Source of the DNA: Minisyncoccota bacterium
GTDB lineage: Bacteria; Patescibacteriota; Minisyncoccia; Phycocordibacterales; UBA9973
DNA: 64,000 nt
Direction: 5' to 3'
Assembly (NCBI GenBank): GCA_031972855.1
Contig: DALYDY010000004.1
Coordinates: forward strand, 6,697 to 70,696
Position numbers and translations under genes: made by a program. Below are positions 17,782-27,280 of this stretch, piece after piece. Position 1 is the stretch's first letter; the number at the start of each line of letters is the position of its first letter. Under the pieces are notes generated by a model that saw nothing but the letters and a program-made list of their open reading frames with translations, had not been told where the DNA came from and did not search any database.

Positions 17782-18186
17782 ATGGAAAAAATACAAATTT
17801 ACTTAGCTGGACAATCAAACGAGCACGATAATAACTACAAAGATATTTTTCAAAATACAGAAGATTTAAATTTTTATGATTGGGAAATACATTCTGACCA
17901 ATCGTCACCTGATACTTTTTTTCCTGATGATTTAAATGGAATTAAAAATTCTCAATTTCTCATAGCAAATCCTGGAATAGCACCATCGGAAGGTACCTGG
18001 GTAGAAATTGGTTATTTTTATGCTAACAATACAGAAAAGCCTGGGGATTTTTGTAATAATTTAATAATTATATGGAAAGAAGAAAGGAATCCTAAATGGT
18101 CTATTGAGTTTATTAAAAAGACTGGACACATAGTTGGTTCTGTGGAAGAAGCAAAAGAAAAATTATTTGAGTTAATTAAAAAATAA
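17782..18186 (+). CDS. Nucleoside 2-deoxyribosyltransferase / deoxynucleoside 5'-phosphate N-hydrolase-like protein
   Basis: IYLAG ... PSEGTWVEIGYFYA resembles the NDT-family catalytic motif (DxGTxfEiG). Confidence 0.5.
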   Translation: MEKIQIYLAGQSNEHDNNYKDIFQNTEDLNFYDWEIHSDQSSPDTFFPDDLNGIKNSQFLIANPGIAPSEGTWVEIGYFYANNTEKPGDFCNNLIIIWKEERNPKWSIEFIKKTGHIVGSVEEAKEKLFELIKK

Positions 18187-18196
18187 TTTTTAAATT

Positions 18197-18880
18197 ATGA
18201 AAATATTAAAAAATGTAACTCTCATAGCAATAGATTGTGTAGATGTCGAAAGAATACAAAAAGCTTTAGACATATCAACTCAAGAAATTGAATTTGGAGA
18301 AGTAAAATTACTTACATCTCTACCAACAGAAGATGGTAGAAAAATAGAGATTCCTCATATTGGATCAATAGAGGAATTTTCTCGTTTTTGTATCGAAGAA
18401 TTATACAAATATGTAGACACAGAATATGTATTACTCGTTCAGTATGATGGATTTATTTTAAATCCCGACAGTTGGACAGACGAATTTATTAAATACGATT
18501 ATATTGGAGCTCCATGGCTTGTTGCAGATTGGTCTGTAAAAAATTTCGACTTCCCAGAATCAACCCTAGGCACACTCATTGTGGGTAATGGTGGTTTTAG
18601 TTTAAGAAGTAAAAAGTTTTTAGAAGTATCTGCAAAACTTTCAAAAGAAGGTAAAGTACCAAAATTACACCCTGAAGATGTGGCTATTTGTGTTTGGTAC
18701 AGAAATGAATTTGAAAACGAGAATATAAAATTTGCACCACCAGAAATTGCAGAAAAGTTCTCAATAGAAGGCACAAACAATATTTATGAAAAACAATTTG
18801 GATTTCATGGTTTGAAATGGACAAATATTTCTAAATGGATAGAAGAAAATCCTAAATGGAATATCAAAAACTATTTCTAA
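18197..18880 (+). CDS. Hypothetical protein (227 aa)
   Basis: Open frame in an apparent operon with the MBL and NDT-like genes. Confidence 0.4.
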   Translation: MKILKNVTLIAIDCVDVERIQKALDISTQEIEFGEVKLLTSLPTEDGRKIEIPHIGSIEEFSRFCIEELYKYVDTEYVLLVQYDGFILNPDSWTDEFIKYDYIGAPWLVADWSVKNFDFPESTLGTLIVGNGGFSLRSKKFLEVSAKLSKEGKVPKLHPEDVAICVWYRNEFENENIKFAPPEIAEKFSIEGTNNIYEKQFGFHGLKWTNISKWIEENPKWNIKNYF

Positions 18881-18887
18881 AAAAATA

Positions 18888-19937
18888 TTACTCAACACTC
18901 TCTTCCCTATATATAATAATAAGTTCGTTTAAGAGGCTTATTGCTAGTGGTCCGATGATTATTCCAACAGGACCCATAAGTATAATACCTCCAAGAACTG
19001 AGAGTAGTATTAGAAGTGGAGAAATCTGTATTTGTTTGCTAACAATATAAGGACTCAAGAAGTTGTCTATCATTCCCACAAAAGTTGCAGACCAGACAGC
19101 GAGACCTATAGCATTCCCCGTTTCTCCAATACTGAATAAATAAAGAATAATAGGTATAGATACTAAAGCTGTACCAATAGTCGGAATTAAAGAAGCAATT
19201 CCTCCAACAAATCCCCAAAGCACAGCGTGAGGTACACCAAATATTGCAAGTCCTATACCCATAAGCAATCCTTGAACTACTGAAATAATCAAGTAGCCCT
19301 TTATTGTTCCGTTGATCGTATTAGCGAGTGTGTTTAAAACCTTTTCATTATACTTTGTAGAGAGCGGGCTTATACGTATACATTTTTTTCTCCAAGAACT
19401 TCCTTCTTTGAGAAAGTAGAATATGATGAATAAAAATATTATAAACATTAAGACAGTTTTAGCTGTTGCAGAAAATATACCTTGTATATTACTTGAAAAA
19501 GAAGAAGTGATAATACCAATTTCTTTTTGAACATCAAAGGCAATCCCATTTGGAAGAAGGTTGTTCAATGAGTTACCTACTGTCGTCAAAATTGATTGAG
19601 CACTTGTTGTACTAAGAGAAGAATAAAGACTTTGAAATTGATTGAAGAGTATTGAGCCTAATATATAAAGAGGAATACAGAGACCAACAAGAAAAACCAA
19701 GGTAGTCAGTAGTGAAGGAATCCAATTGTATTTTTTTGAAGTGTGTTTCTGAATCCATAAATACAAAGGATAAAGAACAACTGAAATAGATATTCCAATT
19801 ACAATAACCCTAAAAAATGGAAAGAGTATCATCCCCACAAAAGAAGCCGTGGCAAGAAGGAGGAAAAAGAAGAAGTATTTCTCGATTATTTTTGAACCAT
19901 GCATATGCGAAGTGTAGCACATACCAAGACAAAGCAA
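18888..19937 (-). CDS. AI-2E family transporter (PerM/YhhT-like)
   Basis: Multi-TM protein with the conserved C-terminal region ...GGIASLIPTIGTALVSIPI... The start may instead be the MHGS codon at 19904. Confidence 0.7.
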   Translation of the reverse strand: MLCLGMCYTSHMHGSKIIEKYFFFFLLLATASFVGMILFPFFRVIVIGISISVVLYPLYLWIQKHTSKKYNWIPSLLTTLVFLVGLCIPLYILGSILFNQFQSLYSSLSTTSAQSILTTVGNSLNNLLPNGIAFDVQKEIGIITSSFSSNIQGIFSATAKTVLMFIIFLFIIFYFLKEGSSWRKKCIRISPLSTKYNEKVLNTLANTINGTIKGYLIISVVQGLLMGIGLAIFGVPHAVLWGFVGGIASLIPTIGTALVSIPIILYLFSIGETGNAIGLAVWSATFVGMIDNFLSPYIVSKQIQISPLLILLSVLGGIILMGPVGIIIGPLAISLLNELIIIYREESVE

Positions 19938-19994
19938 GTATTTATTAAAGTTGTCAAATTATATTGTAAATATTTTTTAAAATAAAAATCCACA

Positions 19995-20639
19995 CTAGGT
20001 GGATTCTGGTTCGAATATGGGAATAATATTAAACATCATTCCATCAAACATTGGGTTTAATAAAATTTCTAATTTTTCTTCAATACTAGGATCATATTTT
20101 GAGAGGAGGAATATGCCTCTATATATTCCCCAGTATAAACCCCTAAAATAACAAGACGCTTGGACAAATCTTTTCCTTGTACTTTCTGGAAGGTTTTGAT
20201 AATCTACCAAATATGACTTTGGTTCTTCTGGTTTTTTATTACCAAATTCATCTTCTTCTCCTTTTCCAAAATAATTATTATGTTTTGATCTATAGAGAAT
20301 TTCTGGTAATAATTTCAAAACAGTTATCATTGTCTTTTCAAGATCTTCTTTTGAAAGAATAAATTTTAAGTTAGTGTAAACCATTGAAACTATTGATACA
20401 AAACATAGATAGACAGCACCTGAATGATTTTGATAATAATCAAGAACAAAGTCGTCTTTTATTGCTTCTGTTTTTATTAGAATCATTTCTTCTATATACT
20501 TTGCATTATTTAGAAAAAAATTAGGTGTTTGTGATATTGACTCACTTAAGTTGTCTAGGGTCAATTGTACTTTTTCTCCTTTTTCATTATAAATGTAAGA
20601 GAATTCTTTAATCAAAAGATCGTCTATTTCATTTTTCAT
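19995..20639 (-). CDS. Hypothetical protein (214 aa)
   Basis: Open frame with no recognisable motifs. Confidence 0.4.
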   Translation of the reverse strand: MKNEIDDLLIKEFSYIYNEKGEKVQLTLDNLSESISQTPNFFLNNAKYIEEMILIKTEAIKDDFVLDYYQNHSGAVYLCFVSIVSMVYTNLKFILSKEDLEKTMITVLKLLPEILYRSKHNNYFGKGEEDEFGNKKPEEPKSYLVDYQNLPESTRKRFVQASCYFRGLYWGIYRGIFLLSKYDPSIEEKLEILLNPMFDGMMFNIIPIFEPEST

Positions 20640-20773
20640 TTTTTGTTAATTTTCTAAACTATACACTTTTTAAAAATAAAGTAAATATAACAAATTTTGA
20701 AATAAAACTACATACTTTAGCGTATAATATAATAAGGCTCATAAAAGCCACTTAATAACATTAATTTATATAT

Positions 20774-21085
20774 ATGGAACAAGAACACACAAACACTTGC
20801 GACTGCAAAGGTTGCACATGGATGAAAAATTCTAAAATGATGCACTGTCATTTTGGAAAAACAATAATAAAAATAATATTAGCTTTATTTATTTTCTGGC
20901 TTGGAGTACAAGTAGGAATGATAAAGAGTTTCCGTCACAATATGAGAGGAAATGATATGGGTGGAAAAATGATGAAAATGCAAAAAGGAAATTTTGAAAA
21001 AAATATGATGATGAGAGATATTCAAATCAAGGAATCAGATATGAAGCCAGCTGCTGTGGATACAAATATTCCTCCAGTACAATAG
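20774..21085 (+). CDS. Small single-TM protein with a Cys/His-rich N-terminus and a Met-rich C-terminus; candidate metal (Cu) binding protein
   Basis: N-terminus CDCKGCTWM...HCH, one TM helix, then MGGKMMKMQKGNFEKNMMMRD. Confidence 0.4.
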   Translation: MEQEHTNTCDCKGCTWMKNSKMMHCHFGKTIIKIILALFIFWLGVQVGMIKSFRHNMRGNDMGGKMMKMQKGNFEKNMMMRDIQIKESDMKPAAVDTNIPPVQ

Positions 21086-21102
21086 ATTGGAAATTATAAA
21101 TT

Positions 21103-21131
21103 AAAGAGCGGCGCCTTAGGGCGCCGCTCTT
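21103..21131. terminator. Bidirectional terminator (13-bp perfect stem: aaagagcggcgcc tta ggcgccgctcttt)
   Basis: A perfect GC-rich hairpin between convergent genes. Confidence 0.7.
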
Positions 21132-21135
21132 TAAT

Positions 21136-22173
21136 TTATTTATCTTCTTCCAATATTTCCATCACCAATAAATCAAAAAGTGTCCAAGGGAGAGAAATTT
21201 TTCTAATTCTCTCATCTGTATCCAAAAATAGACCAAGTGACTTTGACACAAGAACAGAACTCTTCTTCTCCGAAAGATTCTTCAATACTTCTTGATCGGT
21301 CACACTATAACTCCCTGCAAAAGTCTTCCCTGTTTGTGGTGCGATGCGGAGCAATAATATTGTACGGAATTTCTCAAGAGAAAGACGTAAGAATAATTCT
21401 GGATTCATCTTATTGTTCTCAGCTTTTTTCACAATAGAAAGTGCACGTTCTTGATCACGGTCTATAAGACTTTCTAAAAATTCATTTATAAGAGACTGGT
21501 TTGGTGCACCTGTAATAAGAGTTACTTCTTCGGGATCTATCTTTTTATCTTTTGAGATTACAAGGATTTTTTGCAAAGTTCCAAGTGTGTCACGAAATGA
21601 TCCATCACCTAGGAGTGCGATTGTCTCGGCTGTGCTTTGATCTACAACGTAGCCTTCTTTCTCTGATACAGATAATACAACTTCTTTTAAAATTGCAGTT
21701 GTTGGAGTTTTGAAACGATAAGATTCACAACGTGAAAGTATTGTATCTGGAACCTTATCGAGTTCTGTTGTAGCAAGAATAAATACCACATGAGCTGGTG
21801 GCTCTTCGAGAGTCTTCAAAAGTGCATTGAATGCTTCTGTTGTAAGCATATGTACTTCATCAATAATATATACTTTGTATTTTGAAGAAAAAGGAAGAGT
21901 GTTCACTCCATCACGAATTTCGCGAATATCATCAATACGACGATTTGAAGCCGCATCGAGTTCAATAATATCCTCAGGTGCTGTACCGAGCTCTTTTGCA
22001 AAGATGCGCGCAATAGAAGTCTTACCTGTACCACGAGTCCCAGAGAAAAGATATGCGTGCCCTACCTTGTCATTCTTAATAGAAGTCTCAAGAACAGAAA
22101 CTATATGCTCCTGACCAAGAACTTCAGAAAAAACAGATGGACGATATTTGCGATAAAGTGATACGGATGACAT
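21136..22173 (-). CDS. dnaX: DNA polymerase III subunit gamma/tau (short form)
   Basis: Contains the DnaX signature LYRKYRPSVFSEVLGQEHIV and the Walker A motif GTRGTGKTS. At 345 aa it has the AAA+ module and lid but no tau C-terminus. Confidence 0.75.
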   Translation of the reverse strand: MSSVSLYRKYRPSVFSEVLGQEHIVSVLETSIKNDKVGHAYLFSGTRGTGKTSIARIFAKELGTAPEDIIELDAASNRRIDDIREIRDGVNTLPFSSKYKVYIIDEVHMLTTEAFNALLKTLEEPPAHVVFILATTELDKVPDTILSRCESYRFKTPTTAILKEVVLSVSEKEGYVVDQSTAETIALLGDGSFRDTLGTLQKILVISKDKKIDPEEVTLITGAPNQSLINEFLESLIDRDQERALSIVKKAENNKMNPELFLRLSLEKFRTILLLRIAPQTGKTFAGSYSVTDQEVLKNLSEKKSSVLVSKSLGLFLDTDERIRKISLPWTLFDLLVMEILEEDK

Positions 22174-22213
22174 AGGTTTATATTATACCAAAAAGAAAAC
22201 CCTCGTACGAGGG

Positions 22214-22696
22214 CTAGTCTGACAAGATAATAAAATATCTTCCTTTTAAAAAACCTTTTTTAAAATAACAAGAATCAAAAACATCTCCTTCTTCTGTTAT
22301 AAAAATTGAAGGTATTTTTCTGTCAGTTCCAAAAACGTGTGGCAGATTTTCCATTTCATCAAGAGAGCGAATGTAAAAACCTTTTGGAAGATTGTCTTTC
22401 ACTGAAAGCATTGCAAAAGTAAGAGCCAGAGAATTCCCCAATATTAAACCTTCTTTTTTTATTCTTTTGACAATCTGAGGAGTATTAGAATTAATCAAAA
22501 GTTTAATAATAACAAGTCTCTTACCCAAGCTTATTTGGTCAAATAAATCATCAAAATTTTTACTCAAAAATTCTGCTCCCCAATGTTTTAGAATAAATTC
22601 TTTTATAGATTCTTTAAATTGAATTCCTTCGGGAATTCCTATGACGTGACTTTCAAAGACCATCTCAAAAAGTCCATTATTTTGTCCTGTATTCAT
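22214..22696 (-). CDS. Hypothetical protein (160 aa)
   Basis: Open frame preceded by the 31-bp promoter cassette. Confidence 0.4.
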   Translation of the reverse strand: MNTGQNNGLFEMVFESHVIGIPEGIQFKESIKEFILKHWGAEFLSKNFDDLFDQISLGKRLVIIKLLINSNTPQIVKRIKKEGLILGNSLALTFAMLSVKDNLPKGFYIRSLDEMENLPHVFGTDRKIPSIFITEEGDVFDSCYFKKGFLKGRYFIILSD

Positions 22697-22709
22697 CTTT
22701 TGTTTTTTC

Positions 22710-22740
22710 TATACTTTATAGATTTGAAAATAAATGTCAA
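22710..22740 (-). promoter_or_regulatory. Sigma70-like promoter cassette, copy A (TTGACA-16nt-TAAAGT on the minus strand)
   Basis: A 31-nt exact direct repeat with 23211-23241. The minus strand reads ttgacatttattttcaaatctataaagtata, 13 nt upstream of the ATG. Confidence 0.5.
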
Positions 22741-22744
22741 TAAG

Positions 22745-22770
22745 TCAAATTAAAAAAGCCCTTACAGGCT
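22745..22770. terminator. Weak hairpin terminator after the 22772 gene (aaagcc cttaca ggcttt)
   Basis: A 6-bp stem with a T-run on the minus strand. Confidence 0.35.
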
Positions 22771-22771
22771 T

Positions 22772-23194
22772 TTATGGAGTTTGTGGAGCTTCCGGAATCT
22801 TTGATTCTAAATATTTTACCCAATCATTAATTAATTCAAAAGCTTCAGACCAGGAAGATATTCTTTTTCCGTCCGTTATACCAAATGTTGAATTTTTAAG
22901 CATTTCCATATCATCTATCGAAAATACTTTTAAAGAAAATTCAGTATCTCCCTTATAATTAAAGAATATTTGAAATTTATCACCCATCAAGTCAGGGTTA
23001 AATAAGTGTTCGGTATTTACTGGAATATCACAATAAATTGGAGAATTCGCACTACCCCAACCCTCAAATAAATGAACCTTAATATAAGGATTTTTCTTAA
23101 GTTTTTCCGCCCAACTTTCAATTCTCTTTTTAATTTCTTCTGGACCAACAAATTTGAATTCGTATTCTGGCGCTTCTGTTATATTTGTTTTCAT
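22772..23194 (-). CDS. Hypothetical protein (140 aa)
   Basis: Open frame preceded by copy B of the promoter cassette and an AAGGAAA RBS. Confidence 0.4.
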   Translation of the reverse strand: MKTNITEAPEYEFKFVGPEEIKKRIESWAEKLKKNPYIKVHLFEGWGSANSPIYCDIPVNTEHLFNPDLMGDKFQIFFNYKGDTEFSLKVFSIDDMEMLKNSTFGITDGKRISSWSEAFELINDWVKYLESKIPEAPQTP

Positions 23195-23210
23195 TGTTTA
23201 TGTATTTCCT

Positions 23211-23241
23211 TATACTTTATAGATTTGAAAATAAATGTCAA
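23211..23241 (-). promoter_or_regulatory. Sigma70-like promoter cassette, copy B
   Basis: Identical to the 31 nt at 22710-22740. The flanking 5 nt and the region up to the start codon are also similar. Confidence 0.5.
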
Positions 23242-23252
23242 ATAAAAAACCC

Positions 23253-23666
23253 TCAAGACGATTGTCTGTGAGGGGTTTCCAATTGAGATTCTAGAATAGT
23301 AACTCCTGCTTCAAAATAAAAAATATTTTCATTTTTTATTTCAAATTTTTGGATATAGACAATCTTTGTCTTAATTATTTTAAAACTATCTTGATCACAG
23401 TCTAAATTATTCAAAAAAATTAAAGACTCTTTCCATTCTCTACTATTACTTACAATAGTAAAATCATTAGAAGATTCTGTTTGATACGCTACAAGCACAT
23501 CTTCTTTTGGCCTAAAGAATGCAATATTCAAATTTAAAGTTTTACCTTCTTTATTATCAAAAGAAATAGAGACTTCAAAGACCCTTAATTCTCCAGAAGA
23601 TTTAGGTAAACACATATCCACCAAAAATCCAAGACTCTCAATAAGAGATATTTTTATATTTTTCAT
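23253..23666 (-). CDS. Hypothetical protein (137 aa)
   Basis: Open frame whose 3' end overlaps the hairpin ccctcaagacgattgtctgtgaggg. Confidence 0.4.
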   Translation of the reverse strand: MKNIKISLIESLGFLVDMCLPKSSGELRVFEVSISFDNKEGKTLNLNIAFFRPKEDVLVAYQTESSNDFTIVSNSREWKESLIFLNNLDCDQDSFKIIKTKIVYIQKFEIKNENIFYFEAGVTILESQLETPHRQSS

Positions 23667-23713
23667 AGTTGGAACTTTTTTTAATTAAACTCCTACTAGA
23701 AAAATAAGTCAAA

Positions 23714-24841
23714 TTATTTATTTAAAAATTTCTCTACTATTTGCTTTACAGCTTTTGCATTATTACCATTATCCATAAGTTCTGTGCGAAGCTCTTTTGC
23801 ACCTTTAAATCCGTGAGCATAAGCTTTGAAATGTTTTTTCATTATTGAAAAATGTTTTACATCTCCGAGTAATTTCTCAAAAAGTTCTGAGTGTTCTATT
23901 AATACCTTTAATTTTTCTGAAAGTGGAACAGTCTCTTCTTGGTGGAGCCAATATTTGTGAGCGTTTGTTTTCAATCCAAAACGAAGCAATATTCCTCCGA
24001 TATATTCTTTTATTTTTGTATATTTTGAAACTGTATTTTTTGTTTGTCTTCTATCGAATATCCATGGATTACCAAACACGGCACGCCCTATCATGATTCC
24101 ATCACAACCTGTATTTTTTGATTTCTCTATACCGTCTTCTATATCTCTCACATCACCATTCCCTATAATTAAAGTATTCACACCGAGAGAGTCACGAAGT
24201 TTTACAACTTCTTCTATATAATTCCAATTTGCAGGAACAAGAGAAAGATCCTTGCGGGTACGTGCATGTACAGTAAGTACAGCGACACCTTCTCTAAGAA
24301 TTGTAGGTATCCATGTATCTATTTCTACTTTATTGTAACCAACACGAGTTTTTACAGATATTGGAATATTTTTACCAGCATCTTTTATACCATCTTTCGT
24401 GGCGCGAATAATCTCTACAGCAACTTCAGGAGTCTTCATCATACATGCACCAGCACCTTGCTTCTCTATAGTTCTATCAGGACAACCCATATTAATATCA
24501 ATACCGTCGAAGCCAAGACTTGCTACTATCTGCGCAGCTTTTCGCATCTTCTCTGGATGAGCAGAGAAAAGCTGTGCCACTATCGGACGTTCTTTATCTG
24601 TATAAGCAAGATCACGAAGTAAGGATTCTTTACCAATTTCATGAGTAAGACCATCAGCTGAAACGAATTCTGTCCAAACCACATCAGGACCGCCATCATC
24701 TTGTCCGTGGCGAGAATATTTACAAATGATTTGACGAAACGCAGGATCAGTAACATCAGCCATTGGCGCAAGTACAAAAAACGGATTATTATTCCCTCTT
24801 TTATCTTTTGTTAAATTTTCCCAAAATCCTAAATTGCCCAT
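23714..24841 (-). CDS. tRNA-dihydrouridine synthase (DusB-like) with a C-terminal helical extension
   Basis: TIM-barrel FMN motifs VLAPMADVTD, NMGCP and HARTR. Confidence 0.8.
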   Translation of the reverse strand: MGNLGFWENLTKDKRGNNNPFFVLAPMADVTDPAFRQIICKYSRHGQDDGGPDVVWTEFVSADGLTHEIGKESLLRDLAYTDKERPIVAQLFSAHPEKMRKAAQIVASLGFDGIDINMGCPDRTIEKQGAGACMMKTPEVAVEIIRATKDGIKDAGKNIPISVKTRVGYNKVEIDTWIPTILREGVAVLTVHARTRKDLSLVPANWNYIEEVVKLRDSLGVNTLIIGNGDVRDIEDGIEKSKNTGCDGIMIGRAVFGNPWIFDRRQTKNTVSKYTKIKEYIGGILLRFGLKTNAHKYWLHQEETVPLSEKLKVLIEHSELFEKLLGDVKHFSIMKKHFKAYAHGFKGAKELRTELMDNGNNAKAVKQIVEKFLNK

Positions 24842-24842
24842 A

Positions 24843-25727
24843 TTATTTTAATTTATAAAATACTTTATTACCAAAACGTAAATCAATATAACTAAAATCT
24901 GAAATTTTATTTTCTTTAAATATTTTTGTATTTAAAGCTGCTGCAAGATTTTGAGAAATAATTATTTGATCATTAATATCTTTTAATTTTATACGAGGAG
25001 AATTTAAAAAGTTGTATTGTCCATCACGAAGTAATATTTCATATTCACCATCAGGAAGAACTAGTACAGCATATGGAGATAATTTTAATTTTGAAATAAC
25101 ATCATAAATTAAAATTATATTTTTAAAATCATTTTGATTTAATAATTGTGTTCCAAGTATTTGGTCTTTGTTTTTTTCACCCCCCAAAAATAATACAAAA
25201 GGTGTTCCAGAAAAATATGGGGCTTCACTAAAAATAACACCTTCTTTGTCTACAAAAAAACATTGATTGTCTTTAGATATAACAGATATTGTCACATCAT
25301 TACCACACCAAACATAAGCACCTTTTCTTTCACTTAAAGAAACTGATAATTTATTTGGAAAAGATCTTTTTACTTCCAAATAATCAATTTTTGGAAATTC
25401 TTTTTGAAGAGATTTTTTAATTGTATTAGGTAGAACGAATATGGTGTTATTTTTAGGTATAACCCAAAGATATTTACCTTCATATTTTTTATTTATAAAA
25501 TTCTCAATATCTTTAGATTCCAAAACTACATTTCCTTCAATATTAATAGAACTAAGCTGAAAAGATTTTATTCTCAAAAGAAATACAATCCCAACAGATA
25601 ATATTATAAAAACTATTAAGAAAAATATACCGAAACGTTTGTTTTGTTTTTTTCGCTCACGTAAAATCTTTTCATTAGAGACTTTAAAAAGTTCATGCCG
25701 GTTTGTTGTATTCGGCCTGATATCCAT
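24843..25727 (-). CDS. FtsQ/DivIB-like cell division protein (POTRA domain)
   Basis: N-terminal TM helix followed by the POTRA-like segment SINIEGNVVLESKDIENFI. Confidence 0.5.
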   Translation of the reverse strand: MDIRPNTTNRHELFKVSNEKILRERKKQNKRFGIFFLIVFIILSVGIVFLLRIKSFQLSSINIEGNVVLESKDIENFINKKYEGKYLWVIPKNNTIFVLPNTIKKSLQKEFPKIDYLEVKRSFPNKLSVSLSERKGAYVWCGNDVTISVISKDNQCFFVDKEGVIFSEAPYFSGTPFVLFLGGEKNKDQILGTQLLNQNDFKNIILIYDVISKLKLSPYAVLVLPDGEYEILLRDGQYNFLNSPRIKLKDINDQIIISQNLAAALNTKIFKENKISDFSYIDLRFGNKVFYKLK

Positions 25728-25731
25728 AGAA

Positions 25732-26994
25732 TTATTTCTTAATTATTTCCTTACCTCCCATATATGGACGCAAAACTGTAGGAATAACAATACTTCCATC
25801 TGAAAGTTGGTAGTTTTCAAGAATAGAAATCAAAATTCTTGGAGTTGCTACAAGAGTGTTGTTGAGTGAGTGAACATAACGCATTTTACCGTCTTCGTCA
25901 CGATAACGAATATTCAAGCGTCGTGTTTGGAAATCATGAAAATATGAACAAGAATGAGTTTCTCCATATTTCTCTACACTTGGACGCCATACTTCAATAT
26001 CATATTTTTTAACTTGTCCAAGTCCAAGATCTCCTCCACAGTTTACAACAACATGATAAGGAAGGTTTAATTCTTGCAATAATTCTTTTACATTTTCCGC
26101 AAGCTCTTCGTGCAATTTTACACTTTCTTCATGACTTGCTTCACAGAGTATTACTTGTTCGAGTTTGAAGAATTCGTGTACACGATATAGACCTTTTACA
26201 TCCTTACCATGACTTCCGGCTTCACGACGAAAACATGGAGAGAAAGCAACCATCTTCATTGGTAAATCTTTCTTGTCGATAATTTCACCAGAAAAATATG
26301 ACATTGTTGCAACTTCACCAGTTCCAGCCAAATAGTCACCATCTTGAGTCTTGTACAAATCATCTTCTCCTTGTGGTAAATACCCTGTCCCGAAAAGTGT
26401 CTCACGATTCACAAGTGATGGAACAATCATTGGGCTATAACCTTTCTTAACTAATTTTTCCATAAAATACTGCCAAAGAGCAAACTCTAAAAGAGCTCCT
26501 TCATTTTTCAAAAAATATCCACGGAACCCTGAAACTTTTGTTCCACGCTCAAAATCAGCAAGATTTAAATTCTCCATTAATTCAATATGATCTTTTGCTT
26601 CAAAATCAAATTTTGGTTTTTCTCCCCAAACGAATACTTCGAGATTTTGTTCGTCACTCTCTCCATCAGGTACAGACATGTCGGGCACGTTAGGAACTTG
26701 AAGCATTAGAGATTGCCATTCTTTCATTATTTCTTTTAGTTCATCTTCTTTTTGTCCTAATTCAAGTTTCAAAACTTGCATTTCACTAAGCAAAACATTA
26801 CGACGTTCTTGGTCGGCGTTTGGAATTTCAACAGTTGCCTTATTTTGACGAGCACGAAGAACTTCAACTTCTTCAAGCATAGAAACGCGCTTGGAATCAA
26901 TCTTCAAAAATGCATCCACATCAAATGACAGATGCTTCTTTTCTACTGCGTGTTTAATAAGGTCGCTATTTTCTTTAATGAATTTTATATCCAA
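25732..26994 (-). CDS. serS: Seryl-tRNA synthetase
   Basis: Starts at MLDIKFI with an N-terminal coiled coil and class II core motifs (FRRE, GLGQ...). Confidence 0.9.
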   Translation of the reverse strand: MDIKFIKENSDLIKHAVEKKHLSFDVDAFLKIDSKRVSMLEEVEVLRARQNKATVEIPNADQERRNVLLSEMQVLKLELGQKEDELKEIMKEWQSLMLQVPNVPDMSVPDGESDEQNLEVFVWGEKPKFDFEAKDHIELMENLNLADFERGTKVSGFRGYFLKNEGALLEFALWQYFMEKLVKKGYSPMIVPSLVNRETLFGTGYLPQGEDDLYKTQDGDYLAGTGEVATMSYFSGEIIDKKDLPMKMVAFSPCFRREAGSHGKDVKGLYRVHEFFKLEQVILCEASHEESVKLHEELAENVKELLQELNLPYHVVVNCGGDLGLGQVKKYDIEVWRPSVEKYGETHSCSYFHDFQTRRLNIRYRDEDGKMRYVHSLNNTLVATPRILISILENYQLSDGSIVIPTVLRPYMGGKEIIKK

Positions 26995-27280
26995 CATAAT
27001 ATATAGAGTATACAAGAAAACAGATATTTTTTCAAAAAAATAAATAACCCCTAAAATGGAGTTATTGATGTGTTGTAAAAAACCTTTTATGAAACTTTGT
27101 TGGATCTGGCACAGCTCTAGCTAAGAGTTTCTTGTTTTCTTGATTAATCTTTAAAAAAGATTTTAAAATTTTTGGGTTATTAAAATTAATTATTTTTGAA
27201 AACCCCTTTAAATTGATTTGTTTTGCCATTATTTTTTTATTTAGTGTACACAATATAAAAAAGTATTACAATATAAATAT

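Noticed and set aside
27062-27253. 63-aa ORF between serS and dprA
   Set aside because: It is K/N-rich low complexity in a divergent promoter region with no RBS or promoter support. I left it unannotated.
26995-27280. T-box riboswitch upstream of serS (I also checked hisS and lysS)
   Set aside because: No T-box consensus (AATTAGGGTGGTACCGCG-like) or specifier-loop architecture is present. hisS and lysS have essentially no leader.
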